Shown: positions 1 through 11,756, counted from the stretch's first letter. The stretch: 64,000 bases of DNA from an uncultured delta proteobacterium (GCA_963803435.1 CAWDML010000003.1:768001-832000), one strand, 5' to 3'. Notes: a model not told the origin generated them from the sequence alone. Translations and numbers: made by a program.

Positions 1-11
1 AGTCGAGCTCG

Positions 12-722
12 TTGCTCGAGAACGCCCCGCTCGTGGAGCAAGAGACCCCGATGGACCGTGTTCGGCGGCTCGGTGGTGCCGCCAAGTTGACCATCGAGTC
101 GGAGCACGCCGAGATCCTCGGCGAGGCGGTGCTGAATCGCCTGCGCCAAGCCCTCGTCCAGCCGCTCCACATGACGGAGACCGAGCTCACCGACGCTTCC
201 CATGCCTGCTGGCGCTATACCCAGTTCCGGGAGGGCCACCCCAAGCGGCGCTGGCCCTTACTCACGATGGTGGCGTTCATCGAGGCGATCAAACCGCACC
301 TCATGTTCCGGTCGTGGGCCGCGGTTCACGAAGAGCCGTTTTACGGGATCACCGCGCTCTGCGAGAGCCTGCACGATCTCTTTGGTCGCGACTTCTTCAT
401 GGGTCGAGAGCTGTCGCAGTCGATCCCGAGGGGGCTGTCGTTCGGAGACATTCTTCAGCGGATGGGCGCGGTCAGCGACAATGACCTCAGGGAGGCTCGC
501 ACGCTACGTGCGGAGATCGAGCAGGCCATCAAGGTCCGTCTCTTTCTCGGTACCCTGCTGGTGCGAAGCTCTCTGATCACGCTCGGTGAGTATTATCAGG
601 CGCTCGCGACCCACTATGGTGTGCCGTTCACGGGGCTCAATGATGAGACGGTGGAACGGATTGCCGGCGAGTGGGCCGAGTTCAGCGATCTGCAGACGCG
701 GACGATCGGCCCGGGCTTCTGA
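12..722 (+). CDS. Protein with C-terminal MshEN/T2SSE_N-like domain; probably 5'-truncated by the window edge
   Basis: Frame is open to the window edge. Tandem helical motifs SFGDILQRMGAVSDNDLREAR and FLGTLLVRSSLITLGEYYQALATHYGVPF resemble the MshEN repeat RLGxxLxxxGxxxxxxLxxAL. Confidence 0.6.
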   Translation: MLENAPLVEQETPMDRVRRLGGAAKLTIESEHAEILGEAVLNRLRQALVQPLHMTETELTDASHACWRYTQFREGHPKRRWPLLTMVAFIEAIKPHLMFRSWAAVHEEPFYGITALCESLHDLFGRDFFMGRELSQSIPRGLSFGDILQRMGAVSDNDLREARTLRAEIEQAIKVRLFLGTLLVRSSLITLGEYYQALATHYGVPFTGLNDETVERIAGEWAEFSDLQTRTIGPGF

Positions 723-871
723 TTGAGTGTGGACTCGACCCACACGTGGACGAACTCGCGGTCGTCGAGAAACGCGCTGGTACGCGCGACTACCTTTCGG
801 CAGCCGGAGCGCTGATCATGTTTCGTTAGGAACCCATCGATCCACACTTCTGGTCAGATCTCCCCACGACG

Positions 872-2272
872 TTGTTTCTGGAAAGGCCGGATCTTGCGAA
901 GCAGCGCGATGCGCCCCTAGGATCGGAGGTGACTTGGTGCAACCTCGATCGTGATTTCGATGAGCTGATCGAACGACACCCCGACCAAGCCCACCGCAGC
1001 TGGGCACGGATGCAAGAGGCGATCGCGAGCGACGGGATCAAGTTCGGTGATGTCGCTCTCCCGGCGTGTCTGAAACCTCACTTCATCCCGCACCACGTCC
1101 ACACTCGCTGGGTGGACAGCGCGGAGGCGCTCTCTGCGCTGCTCGAAGATTTTGGATCTCTCCTGTTCCGAGAGAAAGACCTGCGCGACCGGCTTCGACT
1201 TCCGGAGCCCGCCGAGGAGCTGCTGGCGATCGACCCGGGATATGACCGTTTGGCCATCATCTGCCGGCCCGATTGCGTTTGGCGAGACACCAAGCTCTCG
1301 GTGCTCGAGATCAACAGCGACAGTCCGGCGATGATGACCTTCGCCGATTATCTCGAGCGTCTGACGCAGGGGCTGTTTCCTACGCTCCAGCTGCGAAGTG
1401 GGAGGAGCCCTCAACCGGCGAATAGGACCGGCCTCCTGCACCGCGCGTTGGTCGAGTGTTTTCATCAGTGGGGCGGAAAGGGCACTCCCACGATCGCGAT
1501 CGTCGACTGGAACGACGTCAAGACGCTTCACGAGCAACATCAGACCGCAAGTGAGTTCCGACTCCGCGGCAGCGAGTGCATCGTCTGCGATCCTCGCGAG
1601 CTCGCGATCGAGGGGGGCCGACTGGTCGCCCAGGGCCGGGCGATCGACGTCGTCTATCGGCGCGTGCTGTTCATGGACTTCATCAACCGCGCTCATGAGC
1701 TGGAGCCGCTGATCCGGGCCTACCGCGAGGGGCTTGTCTGCATGGCGAACTCTTTGCGCTCGTTCGTCGTCGGGAACAAGGGCGTGCTGGCGCTTCTGCA
1801 CGACCCGACGGTGCTCGCTCACCTGACCCCGAGCCAACGAGCGGTCGTCGCGAACGTGATCTCTCCAACGGTCCTGCTGGACGCCCACTCCTTGAAGCAA
1901 GTCCGCGCCGAACGCGGCAGCTGGGTGCTGAAGGGCGCCTTCGGTTACGGCGGACGCGAGGTGGTCATCGGGCGTGAGGTCGGCCAGTCCGCGTGGGAGG
2001 ATGTGCTCCGCGCGGCCGGTCATCAGACATGGATTGCACAGGAGTTCCAAAGCCCGCCGCAGTACCGGGTCCCCACGTTCGATGGCCAGAGCGTGTCGTT
2101 CGCGAGCCGCTACGCGAACTGGAACCCATGGATGTTCGGCGGGCGGTTCGCGGGCGGGATGACGCGCACGAGCAGCTCGACAATCGTGAGCATCACCCAG
2201 CACGGCGCGCTCCTCCCCAGCATCGCGACTGAGGACCTCCACATCGAGAACCCGGTCGCGCTCCAGCCATGA
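872..2272 (+). CDS. Circularly permuted ATP-grasp ligase (glutathionylspermidine-synthase-like superfamily)
   Basis: Motifs RPD...LEINSDSP, IDVVYRR, NSLRSFVVGNKG, WVLKGAFGYGGREVVIG, WIAQE. Start uncertain. Confidence 0.8.
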   Translation: MFLERPDLAKQRDAPLGSEVTWCNLDRDFDELIERHPDQAHRSWARMQEAIASDGIKFGDVALPACLKPHFIPHHVHTRWVDSAEALSALLEDFGSLLFREKDLRDRLRLPEPAEELLAIDPGYDRLAIICRPDCVWRDTKLSVLEINSDSPAMMTFADYLERLTQGLFPTLQLRSGRSPQPANRTGLLHRALVECFHQWGGKGTPTIAIVDWNDVKTLHEQHQTASEFRLRGSECIVCDPRELAIEGGRLVAQGRAIDVVYRRVLFMDFINRAHELEPLIRAYREGLVCMANSLRSFVVGNKGVLALLHDPTVLAHLTPSQRAVVANVISPTVLLDAHSLKQVRAERGSWVLKGAFGYGGREVVIGREVGQSAWEDVLRAAGHQTWIAQEFQSPPQYRVPTFDGQSVSFASRYANWNPWMFGGRFAGGMTRTSSSTIVSITQHGALLPSIATEDLHIENPVALQP

Positions 2273-3420
2273 CCGTGCGCGAGAGCCTGCTCGGATCGCG
2301 CGCCGCTGCACTGGCGCCCTCGATCATCCGACAGATGAACGCCAAGCGGAGACCGAGCAGCGTCGATCTCACCCTCGGTCAGCCTTCCTTGCCCGCAGAG
2401 CGCTCCGTGGTGGAGAGCGCGCTCGCCGAGATGTACCGGACCACCGATGGCTACACGGAGAACGCGGGCCTCCGCGAGCTCCGCGCCCTGATCGCGTCGC
2501 ATCATTCCTTGCCGGAGCGCCAGTCGCCCGAGAACGTCATCGTCACGGTCGGAACGGAGCAGGGCGTCTATCTCTCTGTCTCGTGCGCGATCGATCCAGG
2601 AGACGAGGTCCTGGTCCCCGAGCCGGGCTATCCAGCGTATGAAGGGATGGTCACGCTCGCCGGTGGTGTACCGGTGCGGTACCCGGTGCGTCGCGAGCAG
2701 GGGCTCATCCCCAAGGCCGAGCAGATCGGCGCCTGTCTGACCGAGCGGACGCGGGCGGTCGTCATCAACAGCCCGTCGAACCCGTTCGGGACCGTCGCTC
2801 CGCCGGAGGAGCTGGAGAAGATCGGGCGGCTCTGCGACGCGCACGGGCTGGTGGCGGTGAGCGATGAGGTCTATTCGGACCTGGTCTACACGGGCGGTTC
2901 GGCTCCCTCAATCGCGAGCTTCACGCATCGTTCAGCGAGAGTGGGTGGTCTCTCCAAGTCGTGTGCATTCTGCGGCTTCAGGCTCGGCTATGTGATCGCC
3001 GACTCCACCTTCATCCAGAAGGCGACGGTCGCTCATCAGATGATGGTCACGTGCGCTCCTCGGCTCTCGCAGCTCATGGCGATCGAGGTGTTCAAGAAGC
3101 CGGAGCTCTTGAAGGCGCACCTGCCGTTCTACGCCACTGCGCGCGAGCGCGTGCGGACGGTTGCGGCGGAGCTGCCGCCTGACGCCCCGCTCTTTCTTGG
3201 CGAGGGGGCGTTCTACGCGGTGCTCGACGTATCCAACCACGCGCGCGAGGGCTCGATGGCGCTGGCGCTCCAGCTTCTCGAGCACGAGGACGTGGTGGTC
3301 GTCCCGGGGACCGCGTTCGGTCCGAATGGGGACTGGTTCTGGCGGATCAGCTATGCGGCCGGCGCCGAGATCGCGAGCGAGGGCATGGCGCGGATCGCGC
3401 GGTTCATTCGCGGCGCATGA
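2269..3420 (+). CDS. PLP-dependent class I/II aminotransferase
   Basis: INSPSNPFG, SDEVY, GGLSKSCAFCGFRLGY (PLP lysine). ATGA overlap with the upstream ATP-grasp gene. Confidence 0.92.
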   Translation: MTVRESLLGSRAAALAPSIIRQMNAKRRPSSVDLTLGQPSLPAERSVVESALAEMYRTTDGYTENAGLRELRALIASHHSLPERQSPENVIVTVGTEQGVYLSVSCAIDPGDEVLVPEPGYPAYEGMVTLAGGVPVRYPVRREQGLIPKAEQIGACLTERTRAVVINSPSNPFGTVAPPEELEKIGRLCDAHGLVAVSDEVYSDLVYTGGSAPSIASFTHRSARVGGLSKSCAFCGFRLGYVIADSTFIQKATVAHQMMVTCAPRLSQLMAIEVFKKPELLKAHLPFYATARERVRTVAAELPPDAPLFLGEGAFYAVLDVSNHAREGSMALALQLLEHEDVVVVPGTAFGPNGDWFWRISYAAGAEIASEGMARIARFIRGA

Positions 3421-3584
3421 GGACGCTCGGCCCACGCGATCGTTCGCGCGTCGATGCTCGTAGGGGAAGCGTTGTGCGACGTCTTCGCTCCTTGGAGGTA
3501 TCCCGAGCACATCGGGCCTAGCCGCGAGGATCCGTGCGTGCTTTCATGTTTTCGTTCGTCACTACGAATCTTAAGGAGAGAGAC

Positions 3585-4628
3585 ATGCGTGCCACGATCG
3601 TCTGGAGCATCGCGGTGTGTCTGGGTCTTGGGCTAGAGACCGAGGCGGATGCCTGTGGGCTCAAGCTCACGATCAAGTCGACCAAGATCAACCGACCTGT
3701 CACACCCTCAAAACATCCCTCGCGCGTGCTGGTGCTCGGCGACTCACCGGACGCCCTGACGACCGCCCTCAAGCGGGCTGGCCACAACGTGGAGACCGCG
3801 GAGTCGCTCGACGCGGTCCGCGGCAACGACTATCAGGTCATCCTCGTCTCGGATCGCGGCCAGGTCCAGAAGGCACAAGCGACCTGGGGCGACGCGGAGG
3901 TCCTGGCCATGCGAAGCGGGACCACCCGCAACCTGAGCATGCTGGAGAAGGCGCTCGAGCGGAAGCCGATCGCCACGCGGACCACCCAGGAGCAGCGTAC
4001 CCGGATCGCGTCTGGCCCCGAGGACGAGCGCGATGGACGGCGGAAGGTCGACGAGGGTGGGTCGGACGACACCGAGAGAGGAACCCCCGTGGATTCCGGT
4101 CATGAAACGCCGCCCGCTGAGGCGTCCGAGCTGCGTCCCGAACCCAAGCCGGAACCGGTTGCCAAGAAGGAGGCGCCGGTGGCCGAGCCGGTCGCGGCAG
4201 AACCGGTGCTGCTCACCAAGCGCAACGACGTCATCCCGACGGCTGCGGTTCGAAGCGACATTCCGACGCCGGATCGAGACGAACAGAAGCCGTCTCGCGG
4301 AGCGAAGGGCCCGCGCCGGGTCTATTTCAGCCTGGCGGGGACGAAGCTGAACGCGAGCGCCAAGGCTGGGATGGCCAAGCACGTCAACTACCTCAGGAAG
4401 CACACGGACGTTTCGATCTACCTGTCGGGCCACGCGGATGCCGTCGGCTCCAATGAGGTCAACCAGATTCTGAGCCAGGCTCGGGTCGACAACGCGAAGA
4501 AGTACCTGCTGTCGAAGGGCATCGAGGCCTCCCGGATCACCGCGGAAGCCTTCGGCGAAGACCGCCCGGCGGTCGAGCCGTCGTCCGATCCTCGGAACCG
4601 CTGCGTCGCCATCGAGATTCGCGACTAG
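3585..4628 (+). CDS. Secreted OmpA/Pal-type peptidoglycan-binding protein with Pro/Glu-rich linker
   Basis: AAGGAG RBS at 3573; signal peptide ending ADA; C-terminal VYF...LSGHADAVGSNEVNQILSQARV...AFGEDRP...NRCV OmpA_C motif. Confidence 0.88.
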   Translation: MRATIVWSIAVCLGLGLETEADACGLKLTIKSTKINRPVTPSKHPSRVLVLGDSPDALTTALKRAGHNVETAESLDAVRGNDYQVILVSDRGQVQKAQATWGDAEVLAMRSGTTRNLSMLEKALERKPIATRTTQEQRTRIASGPEDERDGRRKVDEGGSDDTERGTPVDSGHETPPAEASELRPEPKPEPVAKKEAPVAEPVAAEPVLLTKRNDVIPTAAVRSDIPTPDRDEQKPSRGAKGPRRVYFSLAGTKLNASAKAGMAKHVNYLRKHTDVSIYLSGHADAVGSNEVNQILSQARVDNAKKYLLSKGIEASRITAEAFGEDRPAVEPSSDPRNRCVAIEIRD

Positions 4629-4630
4629 GA

Positions 4631-4648
4631 CGCCTCGTCCGCGAGGCG
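4631..4648. terminator. GC hairpin between convergent genes (possible terminator)
   Basis: CGCCTCG-tccg-CGAGGCG directly after the OmpA stop; no clear U-tract. Confidence 0.3.
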
Positions 4649-4763
4649 AACCGCTTCACGTTCTCGAAGATCTCGTCGGCAGTCTTCGTCCATCTGAACG
4701 GCCTTCAGCGCGTGCGGTCAGAGCGCGAAGAACGCTCTTGCGCGGCACGCTGGGGTTTGGTTC

Positions 4764-6791
4764 CTAGTGGGGAAGCGCGGTCCTGACCAGGTTTGGCAAG
4801 CGGAGAACGTCTTCGATACAGGCTTCGACCTCGTCGGCCGGTCGAGCGCCGCAGGCGTGAGCGGCCTCCAGAGCGCTGGTGGCCGCCACGCCGGGCGTGA
4901 AGGCGGTCTGCTCGACGCTGAGCCCGCGCTCCAGTAGACCCCACTCGAGGGGGGGCTCGTCGCTGGCCGTCCGGATCGTGCTCATGATGGAGTCGATCGA
5001 CTGGGCCATCGGGAGCTGCAGGTCGGTCAGGTAGTAGTCGAGCGCTTCTTGCCGGGCCTTCCCGGTGCCCCAGAGATTGTCGACGAACAACTGCACCAGA
5101 GCCTTCCGCTGGTCGCGGGACATGTCTCCCTCCTTCGGCATGTGTCCGAAGGCGACATGGTCGAGGGCCCGCACGAGCAACGAACGGGGGAGGTCGTTCG
5201 AGCGCAGATCGTACGGCACTCCCCAGGCGTCACCGTCTTTGTAGGTCACTTCGTAGTGGCAGTCGACGCACCAGTCGTCGAGCTGCGTTCGAAGCGCGGG
5301 GGAGACGGCGATGTTCGGGCGCACGTCGAGATCGGCAAGACCCTCGCTCGCTGGAGGATTCGGCAGCGCCGGTCTCCGTTCGCTCGACTCTTCAATCATC
5401 CGCTCGAGCGCGCGGCGAAAGGTCGCCCGGAGGTTGTGGGTCTTGCTCAACTCGGCGGTCACGAGCGCATGGTCCTTGCTGTTTGCGGACGATGCAAAGA
5501 CATGCCCCGCGATCTTGTCTGCGGCGCAGCCGATGAACTCCGGCTGCGCCAGCGCGATGGCGGCGAAGCCTGCCGGCGTCAGCCTGCCTTGGCCACGCAG
5601 GTCATGTGAGTCGTTGCCGTAGAACGGCCCTTCACCCGGGAGCTGCAGCTCGGGATCGTAGTGGATGCTGGCGCGGCTGTCCGGATAGCCGAAGAAGAAC
5701 TGAAACCCGTAATCCAGGCGTGCGTGGCAGTTCTCGCAGATCTCGGTGTGTGCCAGCCGCTTCCAGGAGTCGTGGACGAACGCCAGGTTCGGGGTCTTGT
5801 TGATCTCGATGACCTTCTCGGTCGTCGCTCCGAAATTGTTCTTTCCGCGACACCAGAGGATCTCGAAGAAGCCCCGTTGTCGCTGCCGGCGATCGGGTAG
5901 CCAGTGAAGCAGCTGGGGCGCCGTCAACAGTCCCGCGTGCTGGCCTTCGATCAGCTCGGGGCGGGGCGCCCATCGGCCCTTGACCGGCCAGGCTTCGATC
6001 CCCTCGAGGACCTTGGGCACATCCGGGTTCCGCGTGCTTCCGATCAGTTGGCGGCGATAGATCAGCTCCACGTTGCGGTCGCGAAACGTCTCGCGTCCGG
6101 TGAACAGCGTCTCCAGCGGGAGGTCGTTCTCCACGACGTAGGCCGTGGTCTGCGCGACCTCGTTCCTCATGCTGCGATTGAAGGCGTCGTACAGCTCCCT
6201 GCTCGGAAGACAGCGGATCAGATAAGGACCGCATCCGCAGATGGAGGCGGTCTCGTTCTCAGGGGAGCCGACCTGGCTGTCGCAGCTGATCGGCATCTTC
6301 GAGTGGTAGGTGCCCGTGTTCGGCGCGACCACCCACTGATCCGGCCGATAGCTGTCCGGACAGATCCGAACCTTGCCCTTCAGCGCCCACCAGGGCGTGA
6401 CCTCTTCCGCCTCTTCCGGCTTGCAGGGCTCGCGAAGGTAGTAGATCGGTCCACCGGCCGAGGCCTGGACCTGAAGAATGAACCCGGAAGGCACGGCATA
6501 GTAGTTCGCGGCGCTGAAGTAGAGCCCGAAGATCAGCGCCGGCATGAGGGATCGGGAGAAGGCCTCTGACGAGAGGCGCGCGTCGAGGAATTCGCCCCAG
6601 TCGTTGGAGTGGTCGATCCGCAAGGACCAGTTGAGCACCTCGTGATGCGAGACCCCCCCGCCGGTCAGGGCCGCGATCCGCTCGACGAGCACCGCCGTCT
6701 CGCCGCCGCTCTGGTCCGAGGGCGCCGGCGCTCGGGCGTTGTGACAGCCGGCCAGCGCCCATAACAACAGGAGCCTCAACCGAGCAGACAC
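4764..6791 (-). CDS. Lipoprotein with two CxxCH motifs; partner of the DUF1501 protein (DUF1585/1588-like family)
   Basis: Lipobox LAGC; CENCH and CVDCH; HAGLLT motif; overlaps the DUF1501 gene. Confidence 0.7.
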   Translation of the reverse strand: MSARLRLLLLWALAGCHNARAPAPSDQSGGETAVLVERIAALTGGGVSHHEVLNWSLRIDHSNDWGEFLDARLSSEAFSRSLMPALIFGLYFSAANYYAVPSGFILQVQASAGGPIYYLREPCKPEEAEEVTPWWALKGKVRICPDSYRPDQWVVAPNTGTYHSKMPISCDSQVGSPENETASICGCGPYLIRCLPSRELYDAFNRSMRNEVAQTTAYVVENDLPLETLFTGRETFRDRNVELIYRRQLIGSTRNPDVPKVLEGIEAWPVKGRWAPRPELIEGQHAGLLTAPQLLHWLPDRRQRQRGFFEILWCRGKNNFGATTEKVIEINKTPNLAFVHDSWKRLAHTEICENCHARLDYGFQFFFGYPDSRASIHYDPELQLPGEGPFYGNDSHDLRGQGRLTPAGFAAIALAQPEFIGCAADKIAGHVFASSANSKDHALVTAELSKTHNLRATFRRALERMIEESSERRPALPNPPASEGLADLDVRPNIAVSPALRTQLDDWCVDCHYEVTYKDGDAWGVPYDLRSNDLPRSLLVRALDHVAFGHMPKEGDMSRDQRKALVQLFVDNLWGTGKARQEALDYYLTDLQLPMAQSIDSIMSTIRTASDEPPLEWGLLERGLSVEQTAFTPGVAATSALEAAHACGARPADEVEACIEDVLRLPNLVRTALPH

Positions 6792-8044
6792 TTGAGCACC
6801 TGCCCCGTATATCCGTATCGCGTGGGGTCCAGCCCGGCGAGATGCAGGAGCGTCGTTCCGACGTCATCGAGCACGGGGACCCGACGCGAGGCGCCGTCGC
6901 ATCGCCCTGTCAAGGACGACACCGGGAGCCCCTCCATCATCTCGCCCGTCTCACCGAAGGACGAGCCGCCCGCGACCCACGGTCCGAGAAACATGAACCC
7001 GGTCTGCGGAAAATGATCCTTCCCGAGCATGTCGTTGATCTTGGGGAAGCGTCCGAGCTCGGAGCCGGCGATCATGACCGTGTTGTCGAGAAGGCGCCCG
7101 TGCTCGTTCTTGGTCGACTCGATCTTCGTGAGGAACGCAACCAGGTGGCGCATGAAATCCTCGGTGATGCTCTCCTGCTTGGGACGGTTGTTGATGTGCG
7201 TGTCCCAGCCGAGGTTGCCGAGGTCGAGAAATATGCCGGCGCACAGATCATTCTCCATGAGCCAGTGGGCGCGCTGAAACGCGACGCCGATCATCGCCGA
7301 GGTATAGTTCTGGTCGGGGACGTCGATCGAAAGCGGGGTCGCGCTCGGAAGCCGCTCCAGCAGCGCTGCCGCTTCGTCCAGATGATCGCGAGCCATCGCC
7401 GAGGCGCCCGAGAAGCCCGAGAGCTCGCGCGCCCTCTTCCTGAGAACCCGCGCGGCGGTGGCCACCCGATCATGATCCTCCTGCGCGGCCCACTCGAACA
7501 CGTCGCCGGAGCCGAAATAGAAGCGATCCGCGCTGCCGAGGTAGTGAGGTGAATGGAGATCGCGATGGCTCACGTTGAGGTAGATGACGCCTGCCGGCTG
7601 GCCGTCTCGCTTGTTGGCGACGATGTCGAGAAAGCTCGGCATTCGCTCGGAGCCGTTGGTCTTCAGCCTCAGGTACTGCATCAGGCCCGTCTCGTGGTTC
7701 GCGGTCCCGACCTGAACCCCGTTCAGAAAGGAGATCATCTCGGCCCTGGACGCGAGGGGGCGGAAGTGCGGCCCGAATCGGAGCTTCCCCACGGCCACCA
7801 ACGCATCCTCGGGTGGAAGGTCCACGCCCGCCGCGACCTCGTCGGGCAGCTTCGGATCCGTCGTGTACGCCGTGTCGTGCCCCCCGGAGAGCAGCATCTG
7901 AACCCAGTAGCGCGGCCGTGTCGGCGCCGGCGGGCTCTTCGCGCGCACGAAGCGACACCCGGTGAGGGTGGCGGCAGACGAGAGCCCGAGGAGCAGAGCA
8001 TCTCGTCGACTGACTCCACTCACTCGTACGAGTCTGCCACGCAT
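6776..8044 (-). CDS. Tat-exported DUF1501 family protein
   Basis: SRRDALL twin-arginine signal; LSGGHD, GWDTH, SELGRFPKIN, GKDHFP motifs. Confidence 0.85.
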   Translation of the reverse strand: MRGRLVRVSGVSRRDALLLGLSSAATLTGCRFVRAKSPPAPTRPRYWVQMLLSGGHDTAYTTDPKLPDEVAAGVDLPPEDALVAVGKLRFGPHFRPLASRAEMISFLNGVQVGTANHETGLMQYLRLKTNGSERMPSFLDIVANKRDGQPAGVIYLNVSHRDLHSPHYLGSADRFYFGSGDVFEWAAQEDHDRVATAARVLRKRARELSGFSGASAMARDHLDEAAALLERLPSATPLSIDVPDQNYTSAMIGVAFQRAHWLMENDLCAGIFLDLGNLGWDTHINNRPKQESITEDFMRHLVAFLTKIESTKNEHGRLLDNTVMIAGSELGRFPKINDMLGKDHFPQTGFMFLGPWVAGGSSFGETGEMMEGLPVSSLTGRCDGASRRVPVLDDVGTTLLHLAGLDPTRYGYTGQVLKCLLG

Positions 8045-8098
8045 TCGTAGCGACGAAAACCGAAGTGAGAACCCCACTCACACAGGACGAGGTGGAGA

Positions 8099-9190
8099 TC
8101 AGTTCGCGGACGAGGCGCTGATCCGTCTCACCACCGCGTCTGTGAACTGCTCGCAGGACGCGGATCCACCGAGATCCTTTGTACGTGTTCCATCGCCCAA
8201 CGTCGCCAGGATCCCATCCAGGATCACCTGCGCGGCCTCGCTGTGACCGAACACGCTCAAGAGCATGGCTGCGCTCATCATCGCGGCCGTTGGATTTGCG
8301 ACGCCGAGCCCTGCGATGTCGGGCGCGCTGCCGTGACACGGCTCGAAGTACATGAATCGATCACCGATGCCGGCGCTCGGTGCGAGCGGCATCCCACCCA
8401 TGACCTCCGAGGCGACGTCGGAGAGGATGTCGCCGAACAAATTCGTGGTGACGACGACGTCGAACCGCTCAGGGCAGGCCACCATGCGCCGCGCCGCCTC
8501 GTCGACGTAGAGATCGTCGTGTGTGAGCCCGGCGGCCTCGATCTCCTCCCTGCAGATGCGCAGAAACATCCCGTCGGTCTCCGACAGAACGTTCGACTTG
8601 TGGACGATCGTGACGTGTCCTCTCGAGCCCCCGATCGCGCGCCGGTGCTTTGCGAGCTCGATGGCGTAGGTCACGATGCGGCGCGACGCCGGCTCGGTCG
8701 TCGTGCTCACGGCAAACTTTCCGGCAGGTGGGAGCGGGCGGCCCAGCCGATCGCGAAAGTCGGGCCAGCGGACGGCCAGCTCGGACAGATCCCCCTCCCG
8801 GGCCGGATACATGCCTTCCGTCAGCTCCCTCACGATCACCATGTTGGTCTTGCCGTCTCCGGTCTTTGCACGCACCCCCGGGAGGCTCGAGGCCGGTCTG
8901 AGGTTCGCGTACGTGTCGAGGTGAAAACGGATGTAACGAAGGATGTCGCGCGACGCCTTCTCGACCGCTCCGAACAGGATGGCGTCCGCCTCGTCGAGCG
9001 CTGTTTTCACGCGCTCGGGAAACGGCGTACCCTCCGATGCGAGCGTCGAGGCACCGTGCGCGGGTCGGTCGATCTCGAGCGCCACTCCGGTCGCCTCCAG
9101 GCAGCGCACCGCCGCCGCGACGACCTCGGGCCCGATGCCGTCGCCACCGAGCGCGACGATCGAGAGCGGCCGCGAGGTTTGGGCTTGCAT
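8099..9190 (-). CDS. Isocitrate/isopropylmalate dehydrogenase family enzyme, homoisocitrate-dehydrogenase-like
   Basis: [48 protein letters not shown]. Confidence 0.9.
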   Translation of the reverse strand: MQAQTSRPLSIVALGGDGIGPEVVAAAVRCLEATGVALEIDRPAHGASTLASEGTPFPERVKTALDEADAILFGAVEKASRDILRYIRFHLDTYANLRPASSLPGVRAKTGDGKTNMVIVRELTEGMYPAREGDLSELAVRWPDFRDRLGRPLPPAGKFAVSTTTEPASRRIVTYAIELAKHRRAIGGSRGHVTIVHKSNVLSETDGMFLRICREEIEAAGLTHDDLYVDEAARRMVACPERFDVVVTTNLFGDILSDVASEVMGGMPLAPSAGIGDRFMYFEPCHGSAPDIAGLGVANPTAAMMSAAMLLSVFGHSEAAQVILDGILATLGDGTRTKDLGGSASCEQFTDAVVRRISASSAN

Positions 9191-9309
9191 GGGCCGCGGT
9201 GCGACCCACATGTCGACGGAGAGCTTCATCGTTCCAGCGCTGTAGACCAGGCCTTTGGGGCGATCAACCCACATTGCCTATCTGTTTGAGCGCGGTAGAC
9301 TTTCTCCCT

Positions 9310-10725
<1,416 letters not shown>

Positions 10726-10726
10726 G

Positions 10727-11351
10727 GTGCGGCCGTTCGAACGAACTCGAATCCATCGCCATCCCCTTCGATGTCGCCAACGTCGATACCGATCGCATCA
10801 TCCCAGCGCGCTTTCTCAAGAAGCCGTGGGACGAGGGCTATGGACAGTACATGTTCCATGACCTGCGTTTCGTCGACGGCAAGAAGGACCCGGCGTGCGT
10901 CCTCAACGATCCTCGATACGAGGGAGCGCGCATTCTGGTGGCCGGCCCGAACTTCGGGTGCGGCTCGTCGAGGGAGCAGGCGGTCTGGGCCCTGACGGAC
11001 GAGGCCAGCGGGCAGTTCTATCGCTCGATCATCGCGCCGAGCTTCGGCGACATCTTCTTCAACAACGCCTACAAGAACGGGCTGCTCCTGGTTCGGCTCT
11101 CGGAGGAGGTCGTACGTACACTCCAGGAGCAGCTTCGAGCACGTCCAGGCGTCGAGATCGAGGTCGACCTCGAGGCGAACGTCGTGATTGGCCCCGACGG
11201 TACCGAGTATCGCTTTGACATGGAGCCGTTCGCGCGTGAGTGCATCCGCAAAGGGCTCGACATTTTCTCGATGACTCTGCTCCACGCGACCGAGATCGAC
11301 GACTTCGAGGAGAGGGCGCGCAACGAGCGTCCGTGGCTTTTCGTTCGCTGA
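10727..11351 (+). CDS. leuD: 3-isopropylmalate dehydratase small subunit, with an apparent 1-nt insertion near 10745
   Basis: NVDTDRIIP, NFGCGSSREQA, SFGDIFFNN. GTG at 10727 (MRPFER) is out of frame with LESIAIP by one extra A. Confidence 0.88.
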
Positions 11352-11370
11352 TCTCCCACGGGTTCGAGTG

Positions 11371-11399
11371 TTGACAGCCGCTTCGAGTTGGACTTGAAT
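11371..11399 (+). promoter_or_regulatory. Possible sigma70-type promoter of the EthD gene
   Basis: TTGACA-N17-TTGAAT; the -10 is weak. Confidence 0.35.
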
Positions 11400-11438
11400 C
11401 CGCGCTCACTAACAAGTGCGGGAAGGAGAGTTACGAAA

Positions 11439-11756
11439 ATGGCCAAAGTGATCTTTGTAATTCATAAGAAGCAGGGCCTGACTGTGGAGGAGATGAACGC
11501 GGGTTGGGGCGGCGAGCGACACGCGAGCATCGTGAAGAAGCTCCCGGGTCTGGTGAAGTTTGTTCAGAACCACTTGGTCGGCCCGCCCGGCGCTACGATC
11601 TGCGACGGGATCGGCGAGCTCTGGTTCGAGAACGACGCTGTCATGGAGAAGGCGGTCAGCTCGCCGGAGATGGGCGCGGCGGTCGAGGACGCCAAGGGCT
11701 TCCTGGACATGGAGAAGACGGGCATGATCATGGTCCGCGAGGTCCCGATCAAGTAG
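11439..11756 (+). CDS. EthD family protein
   Basis: AAGGAG RBS; H-x-x-I-x-K-x-LPGL-x-x-F-x-QN and DGIGELWF motifs; about 105 aa. Confidence 0.85.
   Translation: MAKVIFVIHKKQGLTVEEMNAGWGGERHASIVKKLPGLVKFVQNHLVGPPGATICDGIGELWFENDAVMEKAVSSPEMGAAVEDAKGFLDMEKTGMIMVREVPIK

Noticed and set aside
917-2311. Long antisense and alternative-frame ORFs throughout (e.g. 917-2311, 9226-10689, 27140-29068, 35601-37217, 58031-60073)
   Set aside because: Shadow ORFs expected in high-GC DNA; Arg/Ala/Pro-rich, no motifs, and they overlap well-supported genes
10727-10750. Programmed ribosomal frameshift in leuD
   Set aside because: No slippery heptamer or stimulatory structure; similar indels elsewhere point to sequence error
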